A DNA stretch of 64,000 bases from NCBI GenBank assembly GCA_035502035.1, contig DATJUZ010000059.1, positions 6,650 to 70,649 of the forward strand. Reading direction: 5' to 3'. The notes under the pieces were generated by a model, which did not search any database, had not been told where the DNA came from, and saw only the letters and a list, made by a program, of their open reading frames with translations. This DNA is from Thermoplasmata archaeon. Its GTDB lineage: Archaea; Thermoplasmatota; Thermoplasmata; Lutacidiplasmatales; UBA184. Within the stretch, counting starts at the first letter, position 1. The number at the start of each line of letters is the position of its first letter. The translations under genes and the position numbers were made by a program. Positions 54,222-62,174 of this stretch are shown here, piece by piece.

Positions 54222-55084
54222 GCGCCGCGTTCCCCGCGCCCCGCCCCGGCCCCGAGGGGGGCCCGTCGGTCCCGGCGGCGCCGGTCTGGGTCCCGAGGAC
54301 GGAGCTCGGCCGCAAGGTCGCCTCCGGCGAGATCGCCTCCATGAGCGAGGCGCTCGCGACCGGGCTGCCGCTCCGCGAGGCGCCGATCGTCGACAAGCTC
54401 CTCCCCGGGCTGCACGACGAGGTGCTGGACGTCAACATGGTCCAGCGGATGACCGACTCCGGTCGGCGGTTCAAGTTCGCCGTCACGGTCGTCGTCGGCA
54501 ACGGCGACGGGTTCGTCGGTCTCGGGCGGGCGAAGGGACGCGAGGTCGGCCCGACGATCCGCCGCGCGATCGACCGCGCCAAGCTCGAGATCGTCGAGGT
54601 CCAGCGCGGGTGCGGCAGCTGGGAGTGCGGCTGCGGCCGGCCCCACACGCTGCCGTACGTGACGAGCGGCCGCGCCGGCTCGGTCGACGTGACGTTCAAG
54701 CCGGCGCCGCGCGGCGTCGGGCTCGCCGTCGGCGACGTCGCGAAGCCGATCCTGCGCTTCGCCGGCTTCACGGACGCCTGGGGGTTCACCGAGGGCCACA
54801 CGAAGACGACCGTCAACTACGCCCAGGCGGCGTTCGGCGCCCTCGTCCGCCTCTCCGAGCTCAAGGTCCCTCCCGAGGACGCGAGCCGGCTGAAGATCGT
54901 CCGCGGCCCGACCGGCACGTCGATCCTGCCTCCCAAGGAGGAGGGCGCGCCGCGGCCGATGCGCGGCGGCCGCCGCCGGGGCCCGCCGCCCCGCGGGGGC
55001 CCGCGCGGTCCGCCCGGGCGCGGCCCGCCCGGAAGGGGCCCGCCGGGACGGGCGCCGCCGGCCGGGGGTCCGGGTCGGCGATGA
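54218..55084 (+). CDS. rps5: 30S ribosomal protein S5 (uS5) with C-terminal Arg/Gly/Pro repeat tail
   Basis: 288 aa from an ATG in an ATGA overlap. Contains [33 protein letters not shown]. Terminal ~50 aa: [40 protein letters not shown]. Confidence 0.95.
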   Translation: MSAAFPAPRPGPEGGPSVPAAPVWVPRTELGRKVASGEIASMSEALATGLPLREAPIVDKLLPGLHDEVLDVNMVQRMTDSGRRFKFAVTVVVGNGDGFVGLGRAKGREVGPTIRRAIDRAKLEIVEVQRGCGSWECGCGRPHTLPYVTSGRAGSVDVTFKPAPRGVGLAVGDVAKPILRFAGFTDAWGFTEGHTKTTVNYAQAAFGALVRLSELKVPPEDASRLKIVRGPTGTSILPPKEEGAPRPMRGGRRRGPPPRGGPRGPPGRGPPGRGPPGRAPPAGGPGRR

Positions 55085-55545
55085 GCTGGGTCGTCGTCCG
55101 CGTGCGCGGGGAGATCCACGCGAAGCGCGAGATCGCCGCGACGCTGCGGTTCCTGCACCTGACGCGCGCCAACCACGCGACGGTGATCCCGGAGGAGCCG
55201 TCGTTCCGCGGGATGCTGATGCGCGTCCAGGGCTACGTCACCTGGGGGGAGGCGGAGGAGGCGACCGTCGCGCGCCTGATCTCCGCCCGCGGCAAGAGCC
55301 CGGACGGCAAGGCGCTCGGGCCGGCGGACGGCGCGGGCGCCGCCGCCGCTCCGACGCCCGAGGTCGCCGCGCTCGCGAAGACGGTCCTCGAGAACGGCCT
55401 ACCGGCCTCCGGCGCCCTGCGGCCGCTGTTCCGCCTGAAGGCGCCGACCGGCGGCTGGCGGTCGACGAAGAAGCCGTTCGCGCTCGGCGGGGCGCTCGGC
55501 TACCGCGGCCGGGCGATCAACGACCTCGTCCAGAGGATGCTGTAG
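55081..55545 (+). CDS. rpl30: 50S ribosomal protein L30 (uL30)
   Basis: 154 aa from an ATG in an ATGA overlap. Starts [33 protein letters not shown]. Confidence 0.9.
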   Translation: MSWVVVRVRGEIHAKREIAATLRFLHLTRANHATVIPEEPSFRGMLMRVQGYVTWGEAEEATVARLISARGKSPDGKALGPADGAGAAAAPTPEVAALAKTVLENGLPASGALRPLFRLKAPTGGWRSTKKPFALGGALGYRGRAINDLVQRML

Positions 55546-55557
55546 GGGGATCGGAGG

Positions 55558-55992
55558 ATGCCGTCGCGCACGCGGAAGTTCCGGGGGCTTCGGACGCACG
55601 GTCGGGGGATCAAGGCCGGCCGCGGCGCCGGCAAGCAGGGCGGCCGCGGGAACGCCGGGCTCCACAAGTACAAGTTCAAGTCGATGCTGATCTACGCGCC
55701 GGACCACTTCGGCCGCCACGGCTTCGTGCGGCCGGACGCGGTCACGGAGCGTCCGACCTCGCTCAACGTCGGGGAGCTCGAGGCGTTCGTCCCGACCCTC
55801 GAGGCGGCCGGCGCCGTGGCGCGCGACGGCGAGACGTTCGTCGCCGACCTCACGAAGGCCGGGGTCGACCGGCTCCTCGGCGGCGGCGCCCCCGAGCGGC
55901 CGTGGAAGGTGAAGGTCGGCTACGCCTCGCGGCACGCCCGCGAGAAGGTCGAGGTGCTCGCCCCCGACGGCGCGAAGGCGCCCGCGGCCTAA
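55558..55992 (+). CDS. rpl15: 50S ribosomal protein L15 (uL15)
   Basis: 144 aa. Contains RKFRGLRTHGRGIKAGRGAGKQGGRGNAG. Confidence 0.95.
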   Translation: MPSRTRKFRGLRTHGRGIKAGRGAGKQGGRGNAGLHKYKFKSMLIYAPDHFGRHGFVRPDAVTERPTSLNVGELEAFVPTLEAAGAVARDGETFVADLTKAGVDRLLGGGAPERPWKVKVGYASRHAREKVEVLAPDGAKAPAA

Positions 55993-56005
55993 CGCCCCCG
56001 CCGGC

Positions 56006-56221
56006 CTACAGCTTCGTCAGGATATCGTCGATCTCCCGCGCCGCCGCCTCGAGCTCCTTGGCGGCGCGGCGCGCGGCGGCCTGGGCGGAGCGCTTCGGGT
56101 CCTTCGCGATCCGCTCGGCGTGCTCCAGCACGCGGCGGGCGAGCTTCGCGCTCTCGCGCGCGAGCTCCTGCGCGGCCCGCTTCGCCTCTCCCAGCGCGGC
56201 GTCCAGGCTCTGCTCCTCCAT
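56006..56221 (-). CDS. Small coiled-coil protein (hypothetical)
   Basis: 71 aa, Ala/Glu/Arg/Lys-rich helical sequence. Downstream of and co-oriented with nikR. Convergent with rpl15 (13-nt gap). Confidence 0.45.
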   Translation of the reverse strand: MEEQSLDAALGEAKRAAQELARESAKLARRVLEHAERIAKDPKRSAQAAARRAAKELEAAAREIDDILTKL

Positions 56222-56259
56222 CGTCGTCCTCGTCGTCGGTCCCCAGCCCGCGGGCGGGC

Positions 56260-56745
56260 TTAGGCCCTGCGGGGGGCCCCCGCGACCGGCCGGGACGCCG
56301 CGTGGGGATGGCGGTGGCCCGTCCGGCCCCCGGCGACGCGCGGGGTCCCGACCAGGTAGTCGCCCTCGACGATCCCCTTCACCCCGCGCAGGTCCTCGGC
56401 GGCCGCCTCGACCTCGGAGCGCCTCCCGGCGAGGATCAGGACCTCGAGGCAGGCGTCCCCGCGCAGGTGGAGGTGCGTCGAGAAGCGGAGGTGCTCGCCC
56501 CAGCGGTGCTGCGCGGCCGTGAGGCGGCGCAGGACGTTCGGCGCGGTGTGGCGGTAGAGGAGCATGACGACCCCGACCGCGTCCGCGTCCGGGTCGGCGA
56601 GCGCCGTCTCGGAGAGCTCCTTGCGCACGAGGAACCGCAGCGCCTCCGAGCGGCTCGGGGAGTTGCGCCGCTCGACCCAGCGGTCGAGCGCGGCGAGGAG
56701 CTCCGGCTCGAGGGAGACGCCGAGACGGACGACGCGGTCGGTCAT
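56260..56745 (-). CDS. nikR: Nickel-responsive transcriptional regulator NikR (ribbon-helix-helix plus nickel-binding ACT-like domain)
   Basis: 161 aa from an ATG in an ATGA overlap with the transporter stop. N-terminal RHH segment (VRLGVSLEPELLAALDRWV). THLHLRGDAC matches the H-x-H-x5-C nickel site pattern. Confidence 0.8.
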   Translation of the reverse strand: MTDRVVRLGVSLEPELLAALDRWVERRNSPSRSEALRFLVRKELSETALADPDADAVGVVMLLYRHTAPNVLRRLTAAQHRWGEHLRFSTHLHLRGDACLEVLILAGRRSEVEAAAEDLRGVKGIVEGDYLVGTPRVAGGRTGHRHPHAASRPVAGAPRRA

Positions 56746-57851
56746 CCCTCCGCGCCCCCGGAGCCTCCCGGCGGAGGCGGCGCGGCGAAGGCGAGCTTCT
56801 CGTAGCCCTTCCACCGATAGATCCCGAGGGCGATCGCCCAGCAGCCGAGGAACAGGAGGACGACGCCGATCCCGAGCGACTCGAAGTCGAGGCCCTGGAG
56901 GGCGGCCCAGAACGGTCCCCCCCAGCCGAACTCTCCCGCGAGGACCTGCAGCAGCTCGACGCCCCCGATCGCGAACGCGACCAGGACGGAGATCACGGTG
57001 AGGGTCAGGTTGTAGAAGATCTTCCGGATCGGGTGGCTGAACGCCCAGCCGTAGGCGTACCGCATCGAGACGCCGTCGGTCGTGTCGGAGAGGACCATCC
57101 CGCACGTGAACAGGGCCGGCAGGAACAGCACGGCCCACAGCGGGACGCCCGAGTACGCCGCGCCGACCGCGAGCCCGATGAGGAGCACCTCGGTCGCCGT
57201 ATCGAAGCCGAGCCCGAACAGCACGCCGACCGGGTAGATCTGCCACGGCTCCTCGATGACGCGGAAGAGCCGGCCGAAGTAGCGGTAGAGGAACCCGCGC
57301 TTGTTCATCTGCTCGTCCAGCGCGCGCTGGTCGAGCGCGCCGCTCCGCAGCCCGCGGAACAGCCGGTAGACCTCGAGGACGATCAGGACGTTGACGATCC
57401 CGATCAGGAACAGGAACGTCCCCGAGATCAGCGTCCCGAGGACCGCGCCGACGGAGGCGAACGTCGCCCAGGTGCGGCTGATGAAGTCGACGGCGACCAC
57501 GAGCGCGACGATCATCGCGCCGACGATCGTCGAGTGTCCGAGCGAGAACCACGTCCCGACGGTCAGGGGCCGCTTGCCGTCGTGCAGGAGCTTGCGCGTC
57601 GTGTTGTCGATGGCAGCGATGTGGTCGACGTCGAAGCCGTGCCGGAGGCCGAGGATGTAGGCGGTGAGCGCGAGCCCGGTGAAGACGAGCGCTCCCCCCG
57701 CGACCTGGCCGGAGTAGTGCGCGGGCAGGAAGCGGTAGGCGCCATAGAACGACGCGAGGGTCGCCGCGGCGATCAGGCCGTAGATCAGCCCCAGCCGGAG
57801 CTGCTCCCCGCGGGAGAGCGCGAGGTCTCCGGGCGGCCGCGGGGAGCTCAT
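56742..57851 (-). CDS. HoxN/HupN/NixA family nickel/cobalt permease (NiCoT)
   Basis: 369 aa from ATG 57851. Signature motifs RHGFDVDHIAAIDNTTRKL, WFSLGHSTIV and LFGLGFDTATEV. Confidence 0.85.
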   Translation of the reverse strand: MSSPRPPGDLALSRGEQLRLGLIYGLIAAATLASFYGAYRFLPAHYSGQVAGGALVFTGLALTAYILGLRHGFDVDHIAAIDNTTRKLLHDGKRPLTVGTWFSLGHSTIVGAMIVALVVAVDFISRTWATFASVGAVLGTLISGTFLFLIGIVNVLIVLEVYRLFRGLRSGALDQRALDEQMNKRGFLYRYFGRLFRVIEEPWQIYPVGVLFGLGFDTATEVLLIGLAVGAAYSGVPLWAVLFLPALFTCGMVLSDTTDGVSMRYAYGWAFSHPIRKIFYNLTLTVISVLVAFAIGGVELLQVLAGEFGWGGPFWAALQGLDFESLGIGVVLLFLGCWAIALGIYRWKGYEKLAFAAPPPPGGSGGAEG

Positions 57852-58000
57852 CGGCCCCGGCGCGGACGGCCGGGGGGTGGATAAGGTATGCCCTTTTTTG
57901 GATTCGTAACACGGGGGCGTCGCGGGAGCCGCCGGGCGGGAGGCCGAGCGGGGCCCGGGGGCCGGGTCGGGCCGGCCACGGCCGGCGGCCGCCCAAAGAC

Positions 58001-58007
58001 TATATAA
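58001..58007 (+). promoter_or_regulatory. TATA box for secY (near-leaderless)
   Basis: TATATAA lies 29 nt upstream of the secY ATG at 58036. Confidence 0.5.
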
Positions 58008-58035
58008 TGCGGGCTCAGGCTGCGCGCCCTGCCCG

Positions 58036-59805
58036 ATGGCGGACGAGGAGATCCCCCGCGACCCGCGGTGGGCGGTGCCGCTCGCGATCCTCGGCGTCCT
58101 CATCGTCGGGCTCGTCTGGTTCTGGGACAAGCCGACCTACCTCGCCCTCGGGCTGATGGCGCTCGGCGTCTTCGTCGTCCTCGGGCTGATCTACCTCGGG
58201 CTCTCCTACGACGGGCCGAAGTCGCGGCTGTACGGGCTGAAGCCGATCACGGGCCGGATGCCCGCCGTCTCCCAGCCGAAGGGCCACGTCCACTTCCGGA
58301 CCAAGCTGTTCTGGACGATCGGTGTCCTGCTGATGTACTTCCTGCTCGCGAACATCTACCTCTTCGGCGTCGACCAGGCGACGGTCATCGACCTGTTCGC
58401 CAGCTACCGCGCGATCCTCGCGGGGGCGCAGGGGACGCTGATGCACCTCGGGATCGGGCCGATCGTCACCGGCTCGATCATCATGCAGCTGTTCACGGGG
58501 GCGAAGATCATCGACCTCGACCTCACGGACGACGAGGACAAGGGGATGTACCAGGGGACCCAGAAGGTCCTCGTCGTCGCGATGATCTTCGTCGAGGCGA
58601 TCCCCCAGGTCTTCGGCTACCTGACCCCCTCCGCGACGCTCGTCACCCGGCTCGGCGCCTCCTCCGCCGGCAACGGCCTCCTGCTCGCCAACAGCGTGAT
58701 CGTCGCCCAGCTCGTCTTCGGCAGCTACCTCGTCTTCCTGATGGACGAGGTCGTCTCCAAATGGGGGATCGGCAGCGGGGTCTCGCTGTTCATCGCCGCG
58801 GGCGTCTCCCAGCAGATCATCCAGGGGACGCTCAATTGGGTCCCGGGGACCCCCGGGAGCCCGCTCTCGGCGCAGAATCCGCCGAGCGGCACGATCCCGA
58901 AGACCCTGTGGTTCCTGACCCACTACAGCGCGCAGCAGATGGCCAGCGGCGGCTGGGAACAGGTGCTCTTGCGTCAGCCGAATCCGGTCGTCGCGCTCGT
59001 GGGGACGGCGGCGATCTTCTTCCTGGTCGCGTGGACCGAGTCGACCCGCATCGAGCTGCCGCTCTCGCACGCCGAGGCGCGCGGGGCCCGTGGGCGCTAC
59101 CCGCTGCGGCTGATCTACGCGTCGAACATCCCGGTCATCCTGATGAGCGCCCTGCTCGCCAACGTCTCGATGGTCTCGATCCTGCTCTGGTCGAACCCCA
59201 CGCTCTCCCGCTTCCCCCTCCTCGGGCACCAGTGGTGGGTCGGTTCGTACTACAGCGCCGCCCAGTCCGTCGCGAAAGGGGGCGTGAGCCAGACGCAACC
59301 GATCACCGGCGGAGCGTTCTACCTGTCGACGCCGAGCGGGCTCGAGTCCTGGCTGCTGCCGATCCTCAATTTCCAGCAGTACGGGTCCTACCTGTACGGC
59401 CACACGTGGTGGGAGGGGCTGATCCATGTCGGGGTCTACTTCGGCGCCATGGTCGGCGGCTCGATCCTGTTCGCCAAGTTCTGGATCCAGACGACGAACA
59501 TGGGACCGGAGGCGGTCGCGCGCCAGATCGAGGCGACCGGCATGCAGATCCCCGGGTTCCGGCGCGAGCCGAGGGTGCTCCGTCGCGTCCTGGAGCGCTA
59601 CATCCCCGTCATCACCGTGATCAGCGGTGCGGCCGTCGGGGCGCTCGCCGCCGGCGCGGACCTCATCGGTACGCTCGGCAACGCGAGCGGTACCGGGGTG
59701 CTGCTGATGGTCGGGATCATCATCAACCTCTACGAGGCGATGGGCCGCGAGCAGCTGATGGAGATGAACCCGCTCCTGCGGCGTTTCCTCGGCGGCGAGG
59801 GCTGA
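58036..59805 (+). CDS. secY: Protein translocase subunit SecY (Sec61-alpha type), long form
   Basis: 589 aa. Contains GIGPIVTGSIIMQL, VSKWGIGSGVSLFIAAGVS, IELPLSHAEARGARGRYPLRLIYASNIPVIL and GTGVLLMVGII. About 62 aa N-terminal extension with two hydrophobic helices, plus enlarged loops. Confidence 0.9.
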   Translation: MADEEIPRDPRWAVPLAILGVLIVGLVWFWDKPTYLALGLMALGVFVVLGLIYLGLSYDGPKSRLYGLKPITGRMPAVSQPKGHVHFRTKLFWTIGVLLMYFLLANIYLFGVDQATVIDLFASYRAILAGAQGTLMHLGIGPIVTGSIIMQLFTGAKIIDLDLTDDEDKGMYQGTQKVLVVAMIFVEAIPQVFGYLTPSATLVTRLGASSAGNGLLLANSVIVAQLVFGSYLVFLMDEVVSKWGIGSGVSLFIAAGVSQQIIQGTLNWVPGTPGSPLSAQNPPSGTIPKTLWFLTHYSAQQMASGGWEQVLLRQPNPVVALVGTAAIFFLVAWTESTRIELPLSHAEARGARGRYPLRLIYASNIPVILMSALLANVSMVSILLWSNPTLSRFPLLGHQWWVGSYYSAAQSVAKGGVSQTQPITGGAFYLSTPSGLESWLLPILNFQQYGSYLYGHTWWEGLIHVGVYFGAMVGGSILFAKFWIQTTNMGPEAVARQIEATGMQIPGFRREPRVLRRVLERYIPVITVISGAAVGALAAGADLIGTLGNASGTGVLLMVGIIINLYEAMGREQLMEMNPLLRRFLGGEG

Positions 59806-59809
59806 GGCG

Positions 59810-60652
59810 GTGCCGACCCCCGAGGACGATACCCCCCTCGCGAGCGAGGCTCCGCCCGCCGCGGACGACGACGACGAGGAGGACGAGGACGACACCCCGG
59901 CGCCCGTGCCGGACTCGCCGCGGCCCCGTCCCCCGGCGCCGACGTTCAGCTGGACGGCGTTCATCTACGTCTTCCTCGGCCTCCTCGGCATCTGGATGCT
60001 GTTCGACACGACCCTCCGCAACACGATCGCCGGGGGGCTCGGGATCAATCCCGCGAGCACCTGGTTCTACGGCACCCCGGGGCCGCTCTACGACGCGATC
60101 GGGTTCAGTTCGGACTACCTCTTGCTGACGATGGCGCTCGCCGGCGCCATCGAGATGGCGGTCACGTCGCTCGCCTACAACTTCACCACCGACTGGATCA
60201 AGGCGGCGAAGGTCCAGAAGTGGAACGCCGCCTTCCGCAAGGTCCAGATGGCGGCGATCCGCTCCGGCAAGAAGGACCGCATCGAGGCGCTGAAGCCCCA
60301 CCAGGAGCGGCTCGCCCGGCTCTCCGGCTCGGTCTCGATCGGCCAGTTCAAGGGGATGGCGATCACCTACTTCCTGCTCATCCTGATCTACACGTGGGTC
60401 GGGCTCGTGATCGCCCAGGCCCCGCTCGCCTCCCAGACGCTCCACCTCAACGGCTCGACGATCATCCTCACCCAGCGCGTCATCCACGCGCTGCCAGTCG
60501 CCTGGTGGTTCCTGATCTTCAGCGTCTACACCATCCCGTTCTCGATGGTGTTCCGGCGCGTCCTCAAGCACTGGTGGCTCCGCCGCTACCTCGAGGAGCA
60601 CCCGCCGGTCCCTGGCGCTTCCGCCCCGGGAGCGGCCGGGGGTACGGCGTGA
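59810..60652 (+). CDS. DUF106 / EMC3-TMCO1-like membrane protein (archaeal YidC/Oxa1-like insertase candidate)
   Basis: 280 aa. Acidic N-terminal tail (DDDDEEDEDD), TM helices and a coiled segment (KVQKWNAAFRKVQMAAIRSGKKDRIEALKPHQERL), then further TM helices. Conserved archaeal position after secY. Confidence 0.7.
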   Translation: MPTPEDDTPLASEAPPAADDDDEEDEDDTPAPVPDSPRPRPPAPTFSWTAFIYVFLGLLGIWMLFDTTLRNTIAGGLGINPASTWFYGTPGPLYDAIGFSSDYLLLTMALAGAIEMAVTSLAYNFTTDWIKAAKVQKWNAAFRKVQMAAIRSGKKDRIEALKPHQERLARLSGSVSIGQFKGMAITYFLLILIYTWVGLVIAQAPLASQTLHLNGSTIILTQRVIHALPVAWWFLIFSVYTIPFSMVFRRVLKHWWLRRYLEEHPPVPGASAPGAAGGTA

Positions 60653-61197
60653 TCCCGGCCGTCGTCACCCTCGAAGGGCCCCCGGGGAGCGGCAAGTCGA
60701 CCGCCGGAAGGCTGGTCGCCCAGCGGCTGGGCCTCGACTACCGTTCGGTCGGGGAGGTGTTCCGCGAGGAGGCCCGGCGGCGCGGCATGAGCCTCGCCGA
60801 GTTCGGACGGTACGCCGAGGCGCACCCGGAGGTCGACCAGGAGCTCGACCGGTCGATGCAGGCCTACGCCCGCCCGGGGTTCCTGCTGGACGGCCGCGTG
60901 CAGGGGGCCCTCTGCCGACGGCGCGGGATACCGGTGATCGCGATCGAGGTCACCGCCGACGAGGAGGTCCGGGCCCGGCGCCTCGCCGGTCGGGACCAGC
61001 TCAGCGCGGAGGCGGCGCTCGAGGCGCTGCGGGAGCGCGAGGAGAGCGAGGCGACGCGCTTCGAGCGGTTCTACGACATCGACCTCGACCTCGAGGAGCC
61101 GGACCTCCTGGTCGACGCGACCTCGCGCACCCCGCAGGAGGTCGCCGACGCGATCGTCGCCTTCCTGGAGCACCCGCCCCCGCGAGCGCCGGCGTGA
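60649..61197 (+). CDS. cmk: Cytidylate kinase, archaeal type
   Basis: 182 aa from a GTG in a GTGA overlap. P-loop LEGPPGSGKST, and ...REREESEATRFERFYDIDLDL. Conserved position. Confidence 0.8.
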   Translation: MIPAVVTLEGPPGSGKSTAGRLVAQRLGLDYRSVGEVFREEARRRGMSLAEFGRYAEAHPEVDQELDRSMQAYARPGFLLDGRVQGALCRRRGIPVIAIEVTADEEVRARRLAGRDQLSAEAALEALREREESEATRFERFYDIDLDLEEPDLLVDATSRTPQEVADAIVAFLEHPPPRAPA

Positions 61198-62144
61198 GCG
61201 CGTCGGTCCCCCCGCCCGCGGTCGTGGAGCGGATCGCCCAGGGGGCGTTCCTCCTCGTCGACAAGCCGCGGGGACCGACCTCCCACCAGGTGACGGCGTG
61301 GGCCCGCGACCTGCTCGGCGCGGCGGTCGCCGGCCACGCGGGAACGCTCGACCCGAACGTCTCGGGCGTCCTCTGGGTCGGGGTCGAGAAGGCGGCCCGG
61401 CTCGTGCCCCTCGTCCTCGAGTTCCCGAAGACCTACGTCGGGGTCCTCACGCTCCACGGCGAGGTCTCCGCGGCGCGGCTGGGCGACGCCCTCGCCGAGT
61501 TCGTCGGTCCGGTCTTCCAGACCCCGCCCGTGCGCTCGGCGGTCAAGCGGGAGCGACGGGTCCGCGTCATCCGCGCGCTCGAGCTCGTCGAGCGGGACGG
61601 GACGCGGCTCCTCGTGCGCGTCGTCGCGGACTCCGGGACCTACGTCCGCACCCTCGCGGTCGACCTCGGGGACGCGCTCGGGGTCGGTGCCCACCTCGAG
61701 GAGCTCCGCCGGACCGCGACCGGCCCGTTCGACGAGCGGGGGGCCGTCACGCTCTCGGAGCTGGCCGATGCGCGATCGCTCGCCGCCGCCGGCGAGTCGG
61801 CCCCGCTCCTGCGTCTCCTGCATCCGGCCGAGGAGGTCTGGCGCGAGTTCCCGACGCTCGTCCTGAAGGACCCGGCGGCGAGCGCCGTCGTCCACGGCGC
61901 ACGGCTCGCCCCCGGGGGCGTCGCCTCGGCGTCCCGCCCGTTCGACCGCGGGGAGCGCGTCGTGCTCGTCTCGCGCCACCGGGAGCTGCTCGCGGTCGGG
62001 CTCGCGCTCCGGGGCTCCTCGGAGACCGGCGCGCCGGCCGACGACTGGCTCGTCGGCTCGACCAAGGTCTTCGGCGACCCCGTCCGCTTTCCCCCCCGCT
62101 GGAAGCGCTCCGCTCCCACCCCCGTCGCTCCGCGCGAAGGCTAG
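61194..62144 (+). CDS. cbf5: tRNA/rRNA pseudouridine synthase Cbf5 (H/ACA RNP catalytic subunit, TruB family with PUA domain)
   Basis: 316 aa. Contains LLVDKPRGPTSHQV, AGHAGTLDPNVSGVL (catalytic Asp), GTYVRTL and a PUA-like C-terminus. GTGA overlap with cmk. Confidence 0.9.
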   Translation: MSASVPPPAVVERIAQGAFLLVDKPRGPTSHQVTAWARDLLGAAVAGHAGTLDPNVSGVLWVGVEKAARLVPLVLEFPKTYVGVLTLHGEVSAARLGDALAEFVGPVFQTPPVRSAVKRERRVRVIRALELVERDGTRLLVRVVADSGTYVRTLAVDLGDALGVGAHLEELRRTATGPFDERGAVTLSELADARSLAAAGESAPLLRLLHPAEEVWREFPTLVLKDPAASAVVHGARLAPGGVASASRPFDRGERVVLVSRHRELLAVGLALRGSSETGAPADDWLVGSTKVFGDPVRFPPRWKRSAPTPVAPREG

Positions 62145-62174
62145 GGTTATCCCCCGGCCGCTTCCCGGGAGGCC

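Noticed and set aside
54928-55084. GGCCCGCC-type tandem DNA repeats as a possible CRISPR, satellite or mobile-element remnant
   Set aside because: The repeats are short, imperfect, in frame and lie inside rps5, encoding the RG/PGR tail. There is no spacer structure.
57852-58035. Search for a NikR operator palindrome in the NiCoT-secY divergent region
   Set aside because: Only a weak direct repeat (GGATAAGGTA / GGATTCGTAA) around a T6 tract was seen, with no convincing inverted repeat. It is not called as a site.
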